This document shows, one piece after another, positions 1 to 13,548 of a stretch of DNA of 64,000 bases. The translations under genes were made by a program, and so were the position numbers. The notes under the pieces were generated by a model. That model worked only from the letters and a program-made list of their open reading frames with translations, was not told the DNA's origin and made no database searches. Positions within the stretch are counted from its first letter, which is position 1, and every line of letters starts with the position of its first letter. The stretch comes from Xylographa opegraphella (Eukaryota). The DNA lies in contig JALDZX010000046.1 of assembly GCA_022813865.1 (NCBI GenBank), forward strand, positions 1 through 64,000, in the 5' to 3' direction.

Positions 1-2
1 TA

Positions 3-2164
3 GGAGTTTTCCCGGGGTTATGCACGGCCCGCTCTTAGTGCACACCCCTCATCCGAAACCCTAACCTCTTATTATATGGATATCTTAATGAAAATGAAGC
101 CAATTGAAGCCGCTCTTGCTGATTTAGCATTGCAAGAGGTCTCTAATTACAGTGCTACAGACAAAAAATACAATGTAGTGCGTACGACTCTGGCACGACG
201 TCATAAGGGCAAAACAGCCGAAAGAGGGGTCCGGCCAAAAAATAATCAATTGCTCAATCAGGAACAGCTTCGGGGCCTCGTTCGATATATTAACGATTTG
301 TCCGCTCGCGGCTTACCCCCTACCAATGCAATGGTGCGTACATTTGCGTATGATATTAGTGGAAAATGGCCAGGCAAAAACTGGGTTTACAGCTTCGTCA
401 GCTCCGCCGGAAACAAGCTTTCATCAGGCTTTTTAGCTAGAGCCGAAATGAGCCGAAATAAAGCGGACAATATATATCAATATAAGCTTTATTTCAAGCT
501 AGTTTGTAACCCTAATGTGTATATAAACTATGCTAATAAAAGGTAGATTGAACAAAAAATAATGCAGTATGAAATTCGCCCCTATAATGTTTATAATATG
601 GACGAAAAGGGGTTTCTCATCGGCGTTCTGCAGAAGACTAAGCGAGTCTTTAATATAGATTACCGCCGCAGCGGCAAATTGATCGGGGCGGGCATGGATG
701 GGAACCGAGAATGGATTACCCTAATAGGGTCTATTTGTAAGGACGGCTCCTACCCACCCCCCGCAATCATCTATCAGGCCGATTCCGGAAACCTTCAGGA
801 CACCTGGCTTGATGCATTCGACCCTAAAGAGCATATTTGCTTCTTTAGTTCGTCTCACACCGGCTGGACCAATGAAGGAACTGGGCTTCTCGTGGCTTAC
901 CAAGGTTTTTGACCGATTTACCAAGGAAAAAGCTCGATTCGGACGAGAATACAGGCTTCTATTTGTTGACGGACATAACAGTCACGTTAATATGAAGTTC
1001 CTGAACTGGTGTAATCAGCATCGAATTCTAGTAGCGGTATATCCGGCGCATTCGACTCACCGCCTGCAACCCCTGGATGTAGGGCTATTTAGCCCCTTGG
1101 CCAATTATTACTCCCAAAATGTTAGCAATTGGATGCACAAGACCCAGGGCTTATCCAGACTGACCAAAAGAGACTTCTTCGAGCTGTTTTGGGCCGCATT
1201 TTTGACTGCATTCACCCCTAAGAATATTCTTAGCGGGTGGGAGAAGACGGGTCTACAACCCCTAAATTCGACCCGCGTTCTGGATCAGATCAAGCTTCCG
1301 GAACGACCAAACTCCGCCTCAAGCACTTCCGGATCTTCTGCGCTGTCCAATACTGACTGGCGGAAGGTCCGGAAGCTGATACGGGAGGTAGTAGGGGAGG
1401 TAATGGCTCCGGAGGCGCGGAAGACCACAAATACGATCGATCGACTAACTACCGAAAATACCATTCTTCAGGCCAAAGTCGCGGACCTCCGAGAGACCGT
1501 GCGTCTCGAAAAGAACAAAAGAAGACGCGGAAAGCCTCTTTTCGATGATTTAGGGGTTGAAAATAATGGTGGCGCCATGTTTTTTAGCCCTAGCAAAATT
1601 CAGCGCGCGCGAGACCGTCAGAAAGAGAAGGAAGAAGAACGAGACCTTGTGCAGGCTCAAAAGATAGAAGCTAAGCGCCAGAAACAGCTTGCGAAAGAGG
1701 AAAGAGAACTGCTTACAGCGCAGAGGAAGGCAGGCCGCGAGGAACAGCGCCTACAGCGGCTCAAAGAGAAGGCGCAAAAACAGGCCATCCAGGCGAAGGC
1801 TCAAGAGCAACGGATAGTGGACCGACAGCTACGTTTAACAGCTGAGGAGGAGAAAAGGCAGGAAAAGAAGCGCCGACAGGTATCAAAACAAAAAGAAGTG
1901 GTTGAGGATGGGGTAATAGAGGTACCAGAAGAGGAAGGGCCCGAAATCAGGACATCTCGCTTCGGGCGGCAATTGAAGAACGCAAAACAATTCGATTTAT
2001 GATTTGACCAGCTAGAAAGCTTCGCATTGATCTATAGAATAACATATATTCATACAATAATAAATGAAATAGTAGTTGTTGAGATATCGCGATAATATGA
2101 TGGTGGTGAAAGCTTAGGGGGGTGTGCACTAAGAGCGGGCCATGCACAACCCCGGGAAAACTCC
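3..2164 (+). mobile_element. Fot1/pogo-like (Tc1/mariner superfamily) DNA transposon, full length
   Basis: 46-bp terminal inverted repeats at 3-48 and 2119-2164 (GGAGTTTTCCCGGGGTTrTGCAyGGCCCGCTCTTAGTGCACACCCC, 2 transition mismatches), TA at 1-2 and 2165-2166 (typical TA target duplication), and an internal DDE transposase. Confidence 0.95.
76..2002 (+). pseudogene. Fot1/pogo DDE transposase with one intron and one frameshift
   Basis: N-terminal HTH/CENP-B-like region; predicted intron 502-546 (GTTTGT..GCTAAT..TAG) joining YFKL|IEQKIMQY; catalytic motifs YNMDEKGF, LFVDGHNSH and HRLQPLDVGLF; a +1 frameshift near 874-880 (AATGAAGGAACTG) separates WTNE from ELGFSWL. Confidence 0.9.
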
Positions 2165-2166
2165 TA

Positions 2167-2811
2167 CCGAAGTAAACGTTCGGATCGAAAGAATCGCAGT
2201 AGCAGCTTAAGAAAAAGAAAGGTGTAAAGGCTTAAAGTCTTTTATTAGAAAACCCAACGAAATTATTAATATACCAAAGGTTCTTTGCTCTGTCGACTGC
2301 CAACGGGCTAGAAGGCGCTACGGGAGTCAAAGGGCTCGTTAAAAATTGCTAGAAATTAAAACTAGCCTCTATTCTCGCGTTTTGCTTTAATATCCTTTAT
2401 TCGTAGTACTGTGGGCGCAACCCATTGTTGTACGTCAGTGTCCCTGATCGAGGTCCCATCATTCCGCTGTGCATCTTGTGTGAGCTTTGCGATTCGATTA
2501 TTCAGCTTTTTTTCCTTAACGCTGAATCCCCTCTGCTTTCTCGGCATCATCATCCCGTTGATTACAAGTAGATGAATGAAGATGAGAGAGAGAGAGTGAG
2601 TGAAAGGTGGGGGGGGGGAGGGCCCGGGCGTTTGTCCACGTGCGGACGTGTGTTCCGCCCTGCCGAGCTCAATCAAAAAAGAGAATATTTTCCCGGAGTG
2701 GACGGTCCAACGAGGAATTGGGCGAAGGCGGGATTAGCTTTTAAAAGAGTAAAAAACCTTACTATCCGTTCAACAGACTGCTGAAAAGCTATACTATTAA
2801 TCGCCATTTAC
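2167..2811 (-). pseudogene. AT-rich decayed element or ORF relic interrupted by the Fot1 insertion (possible Starship captain 5' end)
   Basis: ATG at 2553 (MMMPRKQRGFSVKEKKLNNRIAKL...) followed by many TAA/TAG stops and TpA-rich sequence; pyrimidine-rich leader and CACGTG (2637-2642) upstream. Family assignment is tentative. Confidence 0.3.
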
Positions 2812-3329
2812 TCTAGGGTGGTTCCCGTTCTTGCGACCGGCTCCTCTGCACTCAAGTTTTTCTCGGCTTCGACATTTTCCTCGACGGCAGCTTTTCTCTT
2901 TTCACTTGCGGGACGGGGCTGCGGTTCTCTGCGGCCTGCTTGAAGAGGCAGTGGCCTTCTGCTTGCTCGATAAAGTTGCGGTCTTGCTCGATGAAACTGC
3001 GGTTTAAACTCCAACCGGAATTTTGTGCTTTGCAATTAGCGGGGCGGCTTAGATAGGATGAAGTCACGTAGACGCTTCGCAGTCGGTAGATCATTTTTTT
3101 CGAATTGTGATGTTTCAGCACCACAAAAGGTATAGGAGCAGGAGGCAGTAGGTAGGGTAATCAGATGGTCAAGTAGTAGTATGTTGCTCGTGTAGGACCC
3201 ATATAATCGATACTGGTCGCCCACCTGTTGGACTGCGCGTCCCTCTTGATTTTGGCCACTGCTTGCTTTATTATATGAGGGAAAGCTCTCAGGATCCGAA
3301 TCTATAAGTCCGAACGTTGGCTCTTCCAT
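2808..3329 (-). pseudogene. Unidentified ORF fragment with an internal stop
   Basis: ORFs 3036..3329 and 2808..3035 are contiguous in one frame, separated by a single TAA; includes an imperfect 21-bp tandem duplication at ~2962-3003. No family recognised. Confidence 0.2.
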
Positions 3330-6300
3330 GGTTTTCCAGTCGTATTTGGGCGCGAGGTATTGGATTTACATGGGGCTTTCCTCGTGGCGTATGCCAGCGA
3401 CAGGTGTAAACGTACTAGATGTGCCAGAGGTAGACATAACATGTGGTTCGACGAAAATGTGAAGGAAAACCTGTGGAATTTCGAGAGTTGTAGGTTTCGT
3501 AAGAAGTATCATATATATCGAATAAATAAATAAAACATACAAATTTGACTGCAGAAGAGATTAACCGGCCTGAAAATTGTATAATCTTCGCGTCAGGTAA
3601 AGCAGATAGAGTCGCCAGGCCGTCTCGGCCATTCAAGAAGCTGCACCACACTGGGGAAGGGAATGGATAGTAAACCCACAGACCACCACAATCACCATCG
3701 ACGGCAGCAAGCACAGACAATTTAGAAAAACACTGCACCGAAGGTGCTGGTCCCAGTCGGAATCTCTCACAGCACATCCGAACTCCCGTCTCCCACCCTG
3801 CGCTCACTGTACCGCAGGAGATTAGCCAACATAATCATCTTACGCCTCGATATCTTCCTCTTACCGGCTTCATCATCCACTCTTTCTTCAACCACCCTCC
3901 CCCATCCTACGCACCCATCAACCCACCAACCAACCAACCCACCCACCAAAGCCACCTCCGTCGCTCCCACCGTCGTCACTGCCACCGCCATCGTCTCCGT
4001 CGCCAGCACAAGCACAGGGGGTGACACCTTGTACCCGTATCCGAAGTACGGCACCACCCTCACAATTCTGCTTCCGCTCATTGCGATTCCCCAAGAAGAA
4101 ACCAGACTAAGCGCCCGCGGTGATCGCCTCCGGCTCCTCTTCCGGAGTCACGAACGCGCCGACAACGCCCCAGCGCCAGAACAAGATGAGGTACTTGAAG
4201 AAGTTGTTGCAAAAGGCGGCGGCGAAGTGAGTTAGGATCTCATAGTGGGTGGCTGATGGGTCTGAAAGGGCTGATATGGAAAGGGGAAGAAAGAGAAGAG
4301 TAGGATGGAAAAGAAGCGAGCTGTTCTTTTAACTTCGGGCACGTTCTGTAGGGAGGGAGCAGCTCATAGTTTGAGCAAAGTATAAACGACATAAGGAGTG
4401 TGAAAGCTTTGTAGCTTGGTGGAAGTCGAGTGCTGATCAGGGAAGGGGCGGATCTTTTGACATGAATACACGGCCACAATTGAAGATACGCAGAATGATT
4501 GTTGTGACGATGTTTGGCAGAAACGTATGCTCAATATTACGAAGATTTGTTGAAAATTCAAGCATCAGTCAGGTACACCGGCGGGGCTCTGAGATGTGAA
4601 TTCCAATGCCTTTCGCCACACCCAAGGTATCCCGAGAAACCTCGCGTGCATCGGACTTTCTTCCCGCAGTGGTTCGGTGTTGCGTTGAGTGTAGTAAGGG
4701 GTTTCCCGCTGGCCCACTGAAGAGAAGTGACTCAGGAGACAGTATTTTCTGTGATACATGCTGGTGAATACAAATACAAGCGCAGTGAAGTTGGGTCCTG
4801 CATCTCAGCATACGAAACATCGAGGACGACCTAGATAGTCTATCACGACGAATGCGAAACAAGGGAGCTATGAACGGACGGTAGAGGCTCTCCACCAAAG
4901 ATAGCAGGGAGGCTCGACATTGCATGATGTATAGAAACGTGAGAACCACTCGATATACAGACGCGATCAAGGTCCACTCCATCGAAAGAGCTGACAGGCA
5001 TACCATTGTGATTATGAAGGCGGCATTATTCACGAGTGTGTGAGGTGCTGCAGCGCTCCTGCATAATTGGAGTAGTGCTCAGAGCCGACCCGGTGGACAC
5101 TGTAGTACCTCATGTGAAGTAGGTATGTTGCGCATCTTATCATGCAGGACTACTTCATTGCTGTAGCCGCAGAAGCCAGCGGTACCAGCAAATCATGGAT
5201 GTGCCGGCCTAATTGGAGATGACGCATCAAGTGGGGGGCGTGCACTGCAGTAGCGACTTGGGATCAGGCCGCCATGGCTTGTAGGTGAAGATGTTTGTTA
5301 GCTGATCGTGAATTGATGCCGAGACGGGACCTGGGATCGTGAAGGACGAGTGGGTGACAGGTGGGGTCGGGGAAGGGGGGCGGATAGCGGCTGGGCAATT
5401 GACTTTGTAACGGCCAAGAGGTGCAACGTCATCGATACGCATAGCGACACTGTTGTTCGTTTGGAGCCTCAAGCTGGAGAATGCGTGCGACGTGGTCGAT
5501 GAGACGTGAGGTAAGGTATTGTAGATACAATGTGGAGAAGCTATAGTGTCCTGCCGAGAGTGTGGCCATGCCAAGCACCAAGATGACGGCTGCCAAGCCA
5601 TACGCGAGAGGGTCCCCGCGGCGTCGTCGGACCGGGATTGCACGCGTGGCAGTTGCCCCAAAGACTGCAGCAACAACGTGACTTGCAGCTATCTGATATG
5701 AGATAGGGAAGGATGGAAGAGGCATGAGCAAGGATCGGGCCGTCGAAGCTTCCACATCGGCCGTTGCCTGCCTCGGCCGGCTATCCTTGCCTGGAGATTC
5801 ACGTTGAGCAACGATGCTACTCCGGTCACAGCCGACAACTACCTACACAATACCTGCTTGTAGCTCTGCAAAGCACCTGCCCGCTTATTCACGATAGATT
5901 ACTTTTTTATTAGTCTCATCCCTTTAGTCAACGATGCCTCTAATAGCAGTCGCTTAGATCGAAACGCACACACTTTTTACTTCTTCCCCCCCCCCGGCCT
6001 GGCGTGTGGGGCTATCGTTCCCCGGGGGTGCAAAAGTAGCTGTGAATTTTAATTTGCCGGCCGTTCATCAATCACTCGTCGTTTGCTGCATACCCGGTAG
6101 TAGCAATCTCGACTCGTCCCCAGTCTCCACCAAAACCCCCAATCCGCGCTTTCTCCCTCCTCTCCTTCTCCAGTCTCGTCGACTTCTTCCCCGAGTCGTT
6201 ATCCCACACCCTTCCGTGCATTCCTCCACATCACCAGTCCTGACGAATCCCAATCCTCATCCTCTGCGGCACTGCTTCGGTGATAACCCCCATGTTGTGA

Positions 6301-6595
6301 TTGTGAGTGACCCGGTTTCCTTTTTCTTCGCTTGGCTCCGATCTGCACGAGAAAATCTTCGTCCCTCGGCTATGTCCGTCCTGTGCGAGCACCGTCGCCA
6401 TGATACCGTCGGCGCTGTCGATGCAGTTCCAGCCGGTTGTCCGTAGAAGATATGATCGCTGACCGGTACTCTTGGACGCCCAGTTCCTTTCAACCTTCCT
6501 TTTCCTACCGGAGATAACTCCGTGTCCAACCACAGCTGCAAGCTCCCGGCATCACTTCGCAGCCATTGTGGTGAAAACGGTCGCCGAGAGCAGTC

Positions 6596-8164
6596 ATGTC
6601 GTATTATGATTTGCAGTCCTGGCAGAGTCCGAGCCGTCAGGCATCGTGGGACCAGCCCTCGGTGCAGTCGCGCTCTGGTAAATGCTTCCAAATCTCGGCG
6701 GTAATGGATCTCGGACTGATGGTCTCACAGGGACGAGCTCGATGATGGAGCGCGAGGAAAGCTCGGCCTTTGCACTGCAGCTGGAAGGTACGTGTTTCTA
6801 TTCTGCTACATAGAATCGGACGAAATGCAGCGAGAGTTCGTGCTTGATTCCTGTGCGTCTGCTGCGCTTTTTGTCGACGTCTCTCTTTTCTGAATATTCC
6901 GGCATTGTCCCGAGAACCGTCATAGCTAACGTACACCCAGAGGTTGATCGTGCACTTGATAACCTTGCGAAGAGTGGCAAACTCTTTCAGGCACCATCGC
7001 GCCGTGACAATATGCCCCACGCTGGTCGCCCGTATTACGAATTTGGTCCGTGTTGCTTATGGTCGATTCCAATGAGATGCTGACTTATCTCAGATCCGAG
7101 AATGAATGGTCCACCTCGTCACCATTCAATCGGCGACTTCGACCAAATTCGATCTCCATCTGCGTCGAATCTCCAGAACTTCTATGCCAATCAACGTTAC
7201 CAGCCGCGCCACAATGAAGCGGAGCAGATGCAGCAAGCGAAGCGGCGCATGGCAGCTCAGCGAGAGAGGGTGCTTCGTAATTATCACCAGGAACAGCAAT
7301 ATAACAGGAGTGAGTGTGTTACCTTTGCGTCCCCGAGTGGATCTGACTCACACAGATGTCATGACAGAAATCTCAACGCAGGGCAAATCCGAGCGATCCA
7401 TGAGTCCAAACACCATGAATGAAGAGGACCGTCGTGAACTCATCGCTCGCCAACGTCGCGCTCTTTATGGAAATGAAGGCGTTCCTTCTTATGAAGCTTC
7501 CTATGAAGGAACCAGCTTAGGTGATGAAAGCCATACGCCACGTCCCAATGGTCAGCCAAGTGCTTCTGGTAACCCTGCAAGTGGTCGCGGTCTGTCACCT
7601 CTCGCGTACAATGCTTTCGGCATGAGCCAGGAACAGACTCAGAACCAAGCCTATAGTAGTGAGGTCAACCAGCAGCACGGCAGCAATGATCAGACATGCA
7701 AGGGACCGTCGCCCAACCCTCAACAAAGTCGCTCGCGTGCAAACAGTACCTCGTCGCCTGCCTCGAATAGTCAGAGTTTCAGAGTCTTCGAAAACGCGGC
7801 CCAGCAGTCCAGTCGGACTTCGACTTCTTCTCCCGGTGGGTCACCACCCCGTCAAGTCAAGTCTTCGACAGCTCCTATTGGCTCTGGCGTCGCTCCGATT
7901 GGGACTCGACCCGTACAAACTCAGGCTATCAATCCGGCGTTGAATAAGCGATCAACCACACCACTGCCATCCCCACTGAGTTATGGTTTCGCGCCGAGTG
8001 AAACGGTTCCGACGAGCAGCAACGCTAATGAGCGTTCCACGTCGGCCGCGTCGAACCCACAAGCCGGTGCCAAAGAATCAAGCATCAGTACAATGAACTG
8101 GGGAAGCAACAGTGGAGTCTGGGGCAAGGCTCCGCTCGGCGTCCAAGCTTCGGTCTGGGGTTGA
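6596..8164 (+). CDS. Conserved ascomycete hypothetical protein, Ser/Pro/Gln-rich and largely disordered (5 exons)
   Basis: Manual splicing gives MSYYDLQSWQSP...AFALQLE|EVDRALDNLAKSGKLF...YYEF|DPRMNG...AKRRMAAQRERVLRNYHQEQQYNR...EEDRRELIARQRRALYG...LGVQASVWG*. All four introns are GT-AG with branch sites; the motifs are recalled from Pezizomycotina hypothetical proteins. Confidence 0.85.
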
Positions 8165-9069
8165 GACTCACTGCCGAGACGTGAGCGGTCTTCACTTCAC
8201 TTTGCCGGGTTGAGGAGCATGGTGTTATTATGCATTCCAGGTGTCTCCGGCAACATGCACCAAACAGGAATGCAATGGTATTGGTTGATCACATATGCCC
8301 GGACACGATCGCGTCCATCCACCATTGCAGCGGCACTACGACGTTTCTCTGTCGGTCGTGAGCATCGGGGGCTGCTGGGTCGTGCGTACTTGCGCGGTGT
8401 CCGGAAGATCATTTGCTTTTGACAGACGGGTGGCTGCTTTGCGATTTTTGGCCAGTCGGTGCATGCACGGGGAATATGATTTTGTAAAAAGGTCCAAGCT
8501 GGGGTCGGTTGCATGTTGGTCTGGTCAGGTCAGGTCCGGTCCGGTCGGGCTTTTCTTTCGGCCACTTTTAATACAATGGAGGGGGGGTTAAAAGGTGGAA
8601 AAAAGAACCAGGAGCTTTTTGGGTTTCTGTGGCTGGGGATAGCCGATCAAGCGTGTTACTCATTTTTTTCTTTCTTCTCTTTCTCCTTCCTTCTCCTTCT
8701 ATTTTCTTCTCTCAAGCAGACAATGAAATAGAGGCCGTTGCGGAAGCCAGCGGCTTCTTAACAACACTATTCCTTGCTTTGTGGATGACAGTTGCGTGAG
8801 GTTTGTGGACGGCGGTTGACGTTTTGTCAAGTGAGGTTTCTGCCGTGCGAAGTGAATTCTTGGATGTTTCACACCCCTCCTCCTCCTCCTCCCCCCCGCC
8901 CGCGCTCCTTTCCGCCCTCCGTCGTGGCTCCTGCAAGGCGATGCATTGGTGCAGCTTGGTGATGTGTTTCCGTCCGGATTACTGTGTTACTGTGCAGCTT
9001 CGTTTCTTGGTAGCCTTCCTTGTGTGTTACTGTTGCCCTCAGTGCCTATTTTTTGACAACGCTTTGTGG

Positions 9070-9620
9070 GGAGGTAGGTAGTTTAGGGAGGTGGGGAGGT
9101 AGGTGGTGCATGTTTTTTGACGTTTCGTTTCGGGGGCTAGGATTAGGATAGGGATTGGAAGTTGGGTTATTGGTTGGGTAGGTTGGGTTTGGCGGAGGTG
9201 GAGGTGGATAGGTGAGAGGTAGGAGGGGGGAGATTTGGCTTTGGGTTTGGGGGGTTGAGGGTTAGATGGTGAGAGGGGGGGAAGGGGAGGGGAGGGGGGG
9301 TGTTTGGGGTGTGAGAAATTGTGGGGTTTGGGTGGTTTGGGGGTTGAGGATCTGAGGGTCGGGGTGGAAATTGTGGTTGGGGAAGGGTTTGTGGCGGTTG
9401 TGGGTTGAGGGTGAGGGACGTGGGGGGTGGGGTTGGGAGGAGAGAGAGTGGCTGGATGGGATTGGATGGGATTGGATAGGAAGGGTGGTTTTGGGTTGGG
9501 GGGGATGGAGGTGCTTTATATAAGGTAGGGGGATATATGAGGGAAGTGGTATGGCAAGTTGTGGTACTCGGGGGATGGTTTGTAAATAAAAGGGGGAATT
9601 CTGAGTGAGCTGGTGGGAAA
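9070..9620 (+). repeat. G/T-rich low-complexity tract (G-quadruplex-prone)
   Basis: About 550 bp almost devoid of C, with many GGG runs. Confidence 0.8.
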
Positions 9621-10528
9621 GTGGTATTTGGTAGTCATATATCCGGGATCGCACTTTCGGGAGGCGCCTGTTATATATGAAATATGTTTGGAACTGATCT
9701 CTCTCGATTGAATATTAAACCCTTTGGTCGGTGTTTGATGCGAGGGGAGATTTAACACCTATACCACCATAACAATTAAGATATATGGCATGGTGTGCTT
9801 CAGTATGTAGTGCGATAAACATGCAAAAATGATCATACAAAGTGTATCGCCGTCCTCACCAGCACATAAGCGGACTGAACCTTTAAAATTGGCCAATTTA
9901 CTGATATTGAACGGCTATCAAGCTTCCAACAATGTTCCAGAACATTTTAACTTCTGTCCACATAAACGCCTCGGCTCAGGCACAGAAAACGTCCGTGCGT
10001 TCTGGTGTTGCATCATTCGGTAAAAGGATCGCAGGGCTGAAGCGCTCCTGAAAATAGAATCGTTCGCCGGATCTCCTGCCACTTTGCTGGGGTAAACTAA
10101 GCATCCATGGAGCATCAAGACATCTAACGTCAGACACGTCGCATCTCTCACAGCATCTTTCTTTTATGTCATTGGCTGCGCATACCGCCGAATCTTTGTG
10201 CCGCCCCGGCGGGAGGTATTGAGGAACCAGGCAACGGTGATCGAGAGCGAAAATCCTATCGCGTGCCGGACGCCCACACTCTCGTAACATCGCATCTCTA
10301 CGACGTTGCTCGGGCCAGGCTCCCGGAGACCGAGTAGGCGCAAGTGCAGCTGAGTTCGCACGTTGGATCGCGCACTTATCGCGTTGTCCAATCGTGTTGT
10401 GCTTCCGCACGAGCAGTCTTGGCCATCGTTCTCTGACTTGCCACCACGGTTATCGTCCTGAGCTGGAACTTATCTTCTGTGGCATAATAGCATAATAGGA
10501 AGGGCGCGGGCGGTTTTCCGAGTTTGAT

Positions 10529-13500
10529 ATGGCATTGGCCAACGTACCTCAAAACGACAGAAAGCGAGTGAAGGTTTATGAGCTTAGAAACAATGATTGG
10601 TTCGATAGAGGGACAGGATTCTGCACGGGACAGGTGGTTGAGGTGAGGGTTCATATTCACGCTTGCGCCGACGGCGGCACCTTCACATCGTACTGGGAAC
10701 CGACTAGGGACGGCCAAGCTGATGTGATTGGTGACAGGACGAGTCCAAGATATATGTCGAGTCAGAAGACCATCCAGATCGCATACTCCTGGAGACGAAG
10801 ATCTCGAAAGATGATGGATACCAGAAACAACAAGGTGATTGCTGCTGCTCTTGAAGCCTGAAAGGAGGCTGACAAGGAATCCAGAAACGCTTATCGTCTG
10901 GACTGCATCAAATGGCACAGACATGGCATTGAGTTTCCAGGAAGCAGAAGGCTGCGCAGCAATATGGTTCGTGATTTACAGATGGACGATATATTTCATT
11001 GATCCCTGACTCCTTGCGTACAGGAAATTTGTGAGCCAGGTACAAGCACATCTATTGGCCATCTCTGGTCCAGGTACTTCTGCTTTCATCCCTTACCGAA
11101 ACATCAATCTAATTTTGCGTGTATAGACGATGCGCTTTCCGACGATGCCATGGACAGCTTTCCTAATCCTGTCATGCTCCCGTTTCCAGAACTTGGAAAT
11201 CTGGCAGAGATAGACCAAATGATGCGCGTTGCAAGTTCTTCACCGCAAGGCCGGGATTCGTTATCAAAGTTTGTCATATCGGAAGACTACATTAGCAAAT
11301 TGGTACCGTTGGTAGAAACTGCGGAGGACCTGGAAGGCTTATCGGAGCTACACCGTTTGAGCAATATAATGAAGATGCTGATCTTACTGAATGACACACA
11401 CCTCATTGAGATTATGGTCAACGATGCAAACATCCTTGGCGTCGTAGGCGCGCTGGAATGTAAGTTTCTCAACAATGTTTTCCGACTCAAACTGAATCTC
11501 CTTCAAGATGACGCAGAATTTCCCCAGCACAAAGCGAATCATCGGGAGTATCTGAAGGATAGCAGGCGATTTAAGGAGGTTGTCCCAATAAAGGAAGAAG
11601 CTACGAAGAACAAAATCCACTCCACTTGGAGACTACAGTACCTCAAGGATGTGGTCCTTGCGCGCATTCTGGACGATCCTACCTTCTCCGTTCTCAATTC
11701 TCTCATTTTCTTCAATCAGGTTGATATAGTCAACCAACTTCAGATAGCGGACGGATTCCTCAAAGACTTGTTTGGCATCATCGATTCTCCTGATGCTGAT
11801 TGGGAGAAGAAGAAAGATGCAGTTCACTTCATTCAGCAGTGCTGTGCGATAGCGAAGAACCTTCAAGCGCCTGCTCGCGGACAACTGTATAACAATTTTG
11901 TTCAAAACGGTCTCCTGAAAGTCATAAACTTTGCGCTCGTTGCCGGTGACGTTTCCTTCAGGATAGCGGGCTCGGATATTCTGGTCGCCATGATTGACCA
12001 TGATCCAGCCATGGTTCGGGCGTACATTTTCAAATCTATCAATGAGCATAAGACGGTTCTCACGGACACTTTGATAGACTTACTCCTACACGAGGTGGAC
12101 CTTGGTGTGAAGGCACAAGCATCGGATGCCATTAAAGTACTACTAGATCCTCAGTCAGCCCCACAGGCGCCAGACACTGCGACGAGAGCGAACCCGGATT
12201 TTCTGTTGAAAATACGTACCAATAACCAGCAAGTTTCTCCGGAATTACTTGTACAGTCTTTTTACGACAGTGCGGCACGGAAATTATTTCAACCACTTAA
12301 AGATCTGGAAACTAGGGGATCCGGTAGGCGGCCATGAACGCCAGCTAATTTGATACTGCCGGCCTGGCTAACTTGTGCTCACAGTGCAAGATCTAACCTT
12401 GGGCGAAGTATCCTTGTTTATCCATCTGATCGAGATCCTGATGTTCTTCATCCGACAACATCTCTATCGCAGTAGATTCTTTGTCGCCACGGATGGCCTA
12501 CCTTCACGAATCGCTCAATTACTTGCATGTCCACAAAAGCACTTGAAACTAAGTAGGTTTAACTCACTACCAAAAGGACCATATCTCTAACGATGTTCCA
12601 GCGGCATTGAAATTCTTTCGCACGAGCATCGGTCTGCAAGATCCATTTTTCAACGAACAAGTCACGAAGAACTTCTTATTCGAACCAATCCTGAACATAG
12701 TATACGAGACCATGCCTCGAGATAACCTACTGAATTCGGCTTGCCTGGAACTGTTCGAGTTCATCAAACGCGAGAGCATACAGCCCATGATCGCACACGT
12801 GGTGGAGAACTATCGCCCAAAACTCGAGGACATACACTACGTGAGCGTGTTCGAGGAGCTCATCAACCGCTACGATCAGATGCAAGGCTACAATCCTGAC
12901 ATGGAAGGCACAATGTTCCCTCAGGAGGAAGGCGACGCGGAGACGCGGCCGCGCCTTAACGGCGCCTCGCAGCGCTGGCAAGGCGTGCGCGAGATGGACG
13001 CGGTGGAGGAAGCGTACTTCAACACGTCCGACGACGAGGACGAGCTCGCTGTCAAGTCCAAAGTTCTCACTCCTTCCACTAACGGCGCCTCCCCTGTCCC
13101 ACGACCCCTCGTCGACTATCCCTCCGACGACGAGGAAGCCACCGCAGACGTCAAACCCCACGAGCATGACACCCGCTCTCCGAGCACCGTCCAAGCCGGC
13201 TCCCCCAGTACTGTTCTGGCCGACACCCCGCCTTCCAACAGCCCCGTCCACACTCCGTCGCCGCAATCCACCGGCGCGATCGCCCAGTCCCCGCTGGAGC
13301 GCCTCTCGGAGAAACGACGCAGAGAAGAGGACGAAGAGGACGAGCTGGGCAAGCTGTCGCTGACGAAGCGGCGGGGCTCGTCCATCTCGTCCGTCGGCAG
13401 CGCGAACGGGACCACGCCGGCCAACTTCCTCCGGCGGAAGAAGAGCTTCACGTCCGCGAAGGAGGCGAACGGCGGGAAGAAGATCGCCATCTCGCTCGCG

Positions 13501-13548
13501 GTCAAGAGCCCGATAGACGTGGAGCACGGGCGTGACCATGGTGGGTGA
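10529..13548 (+). CDS. PSY2: Serine/threonine phosphatase 4 regulatory subunit 3 (Psy2/SMEK), 8 exons
   Basis: EVH1-like start RKRVKVYELRNNDWFDRGTGFC, LSFQEAEGCAAIW, SMK-1 domain RLQYLKDVVLARILDDPTFSVLNSLIFFNQVDIV, PRDNLLNSACLELFEFI; seven GT-AG introns can be placed in frame. Confidence 0.95.

Noticed and set aside
3744..4235. 163-aa Thr/Pro-rich ORF
   Set aside because: Starts at GTG and is built on (CAAC)n low-complexity sequence; no family recognised. A decayed gene is not excluded.
4569..5755. Minus-strand ORFs, including a 71-aa ATG ORF at 5227-5442
   Set aside because: No recognisable domain or splice support.
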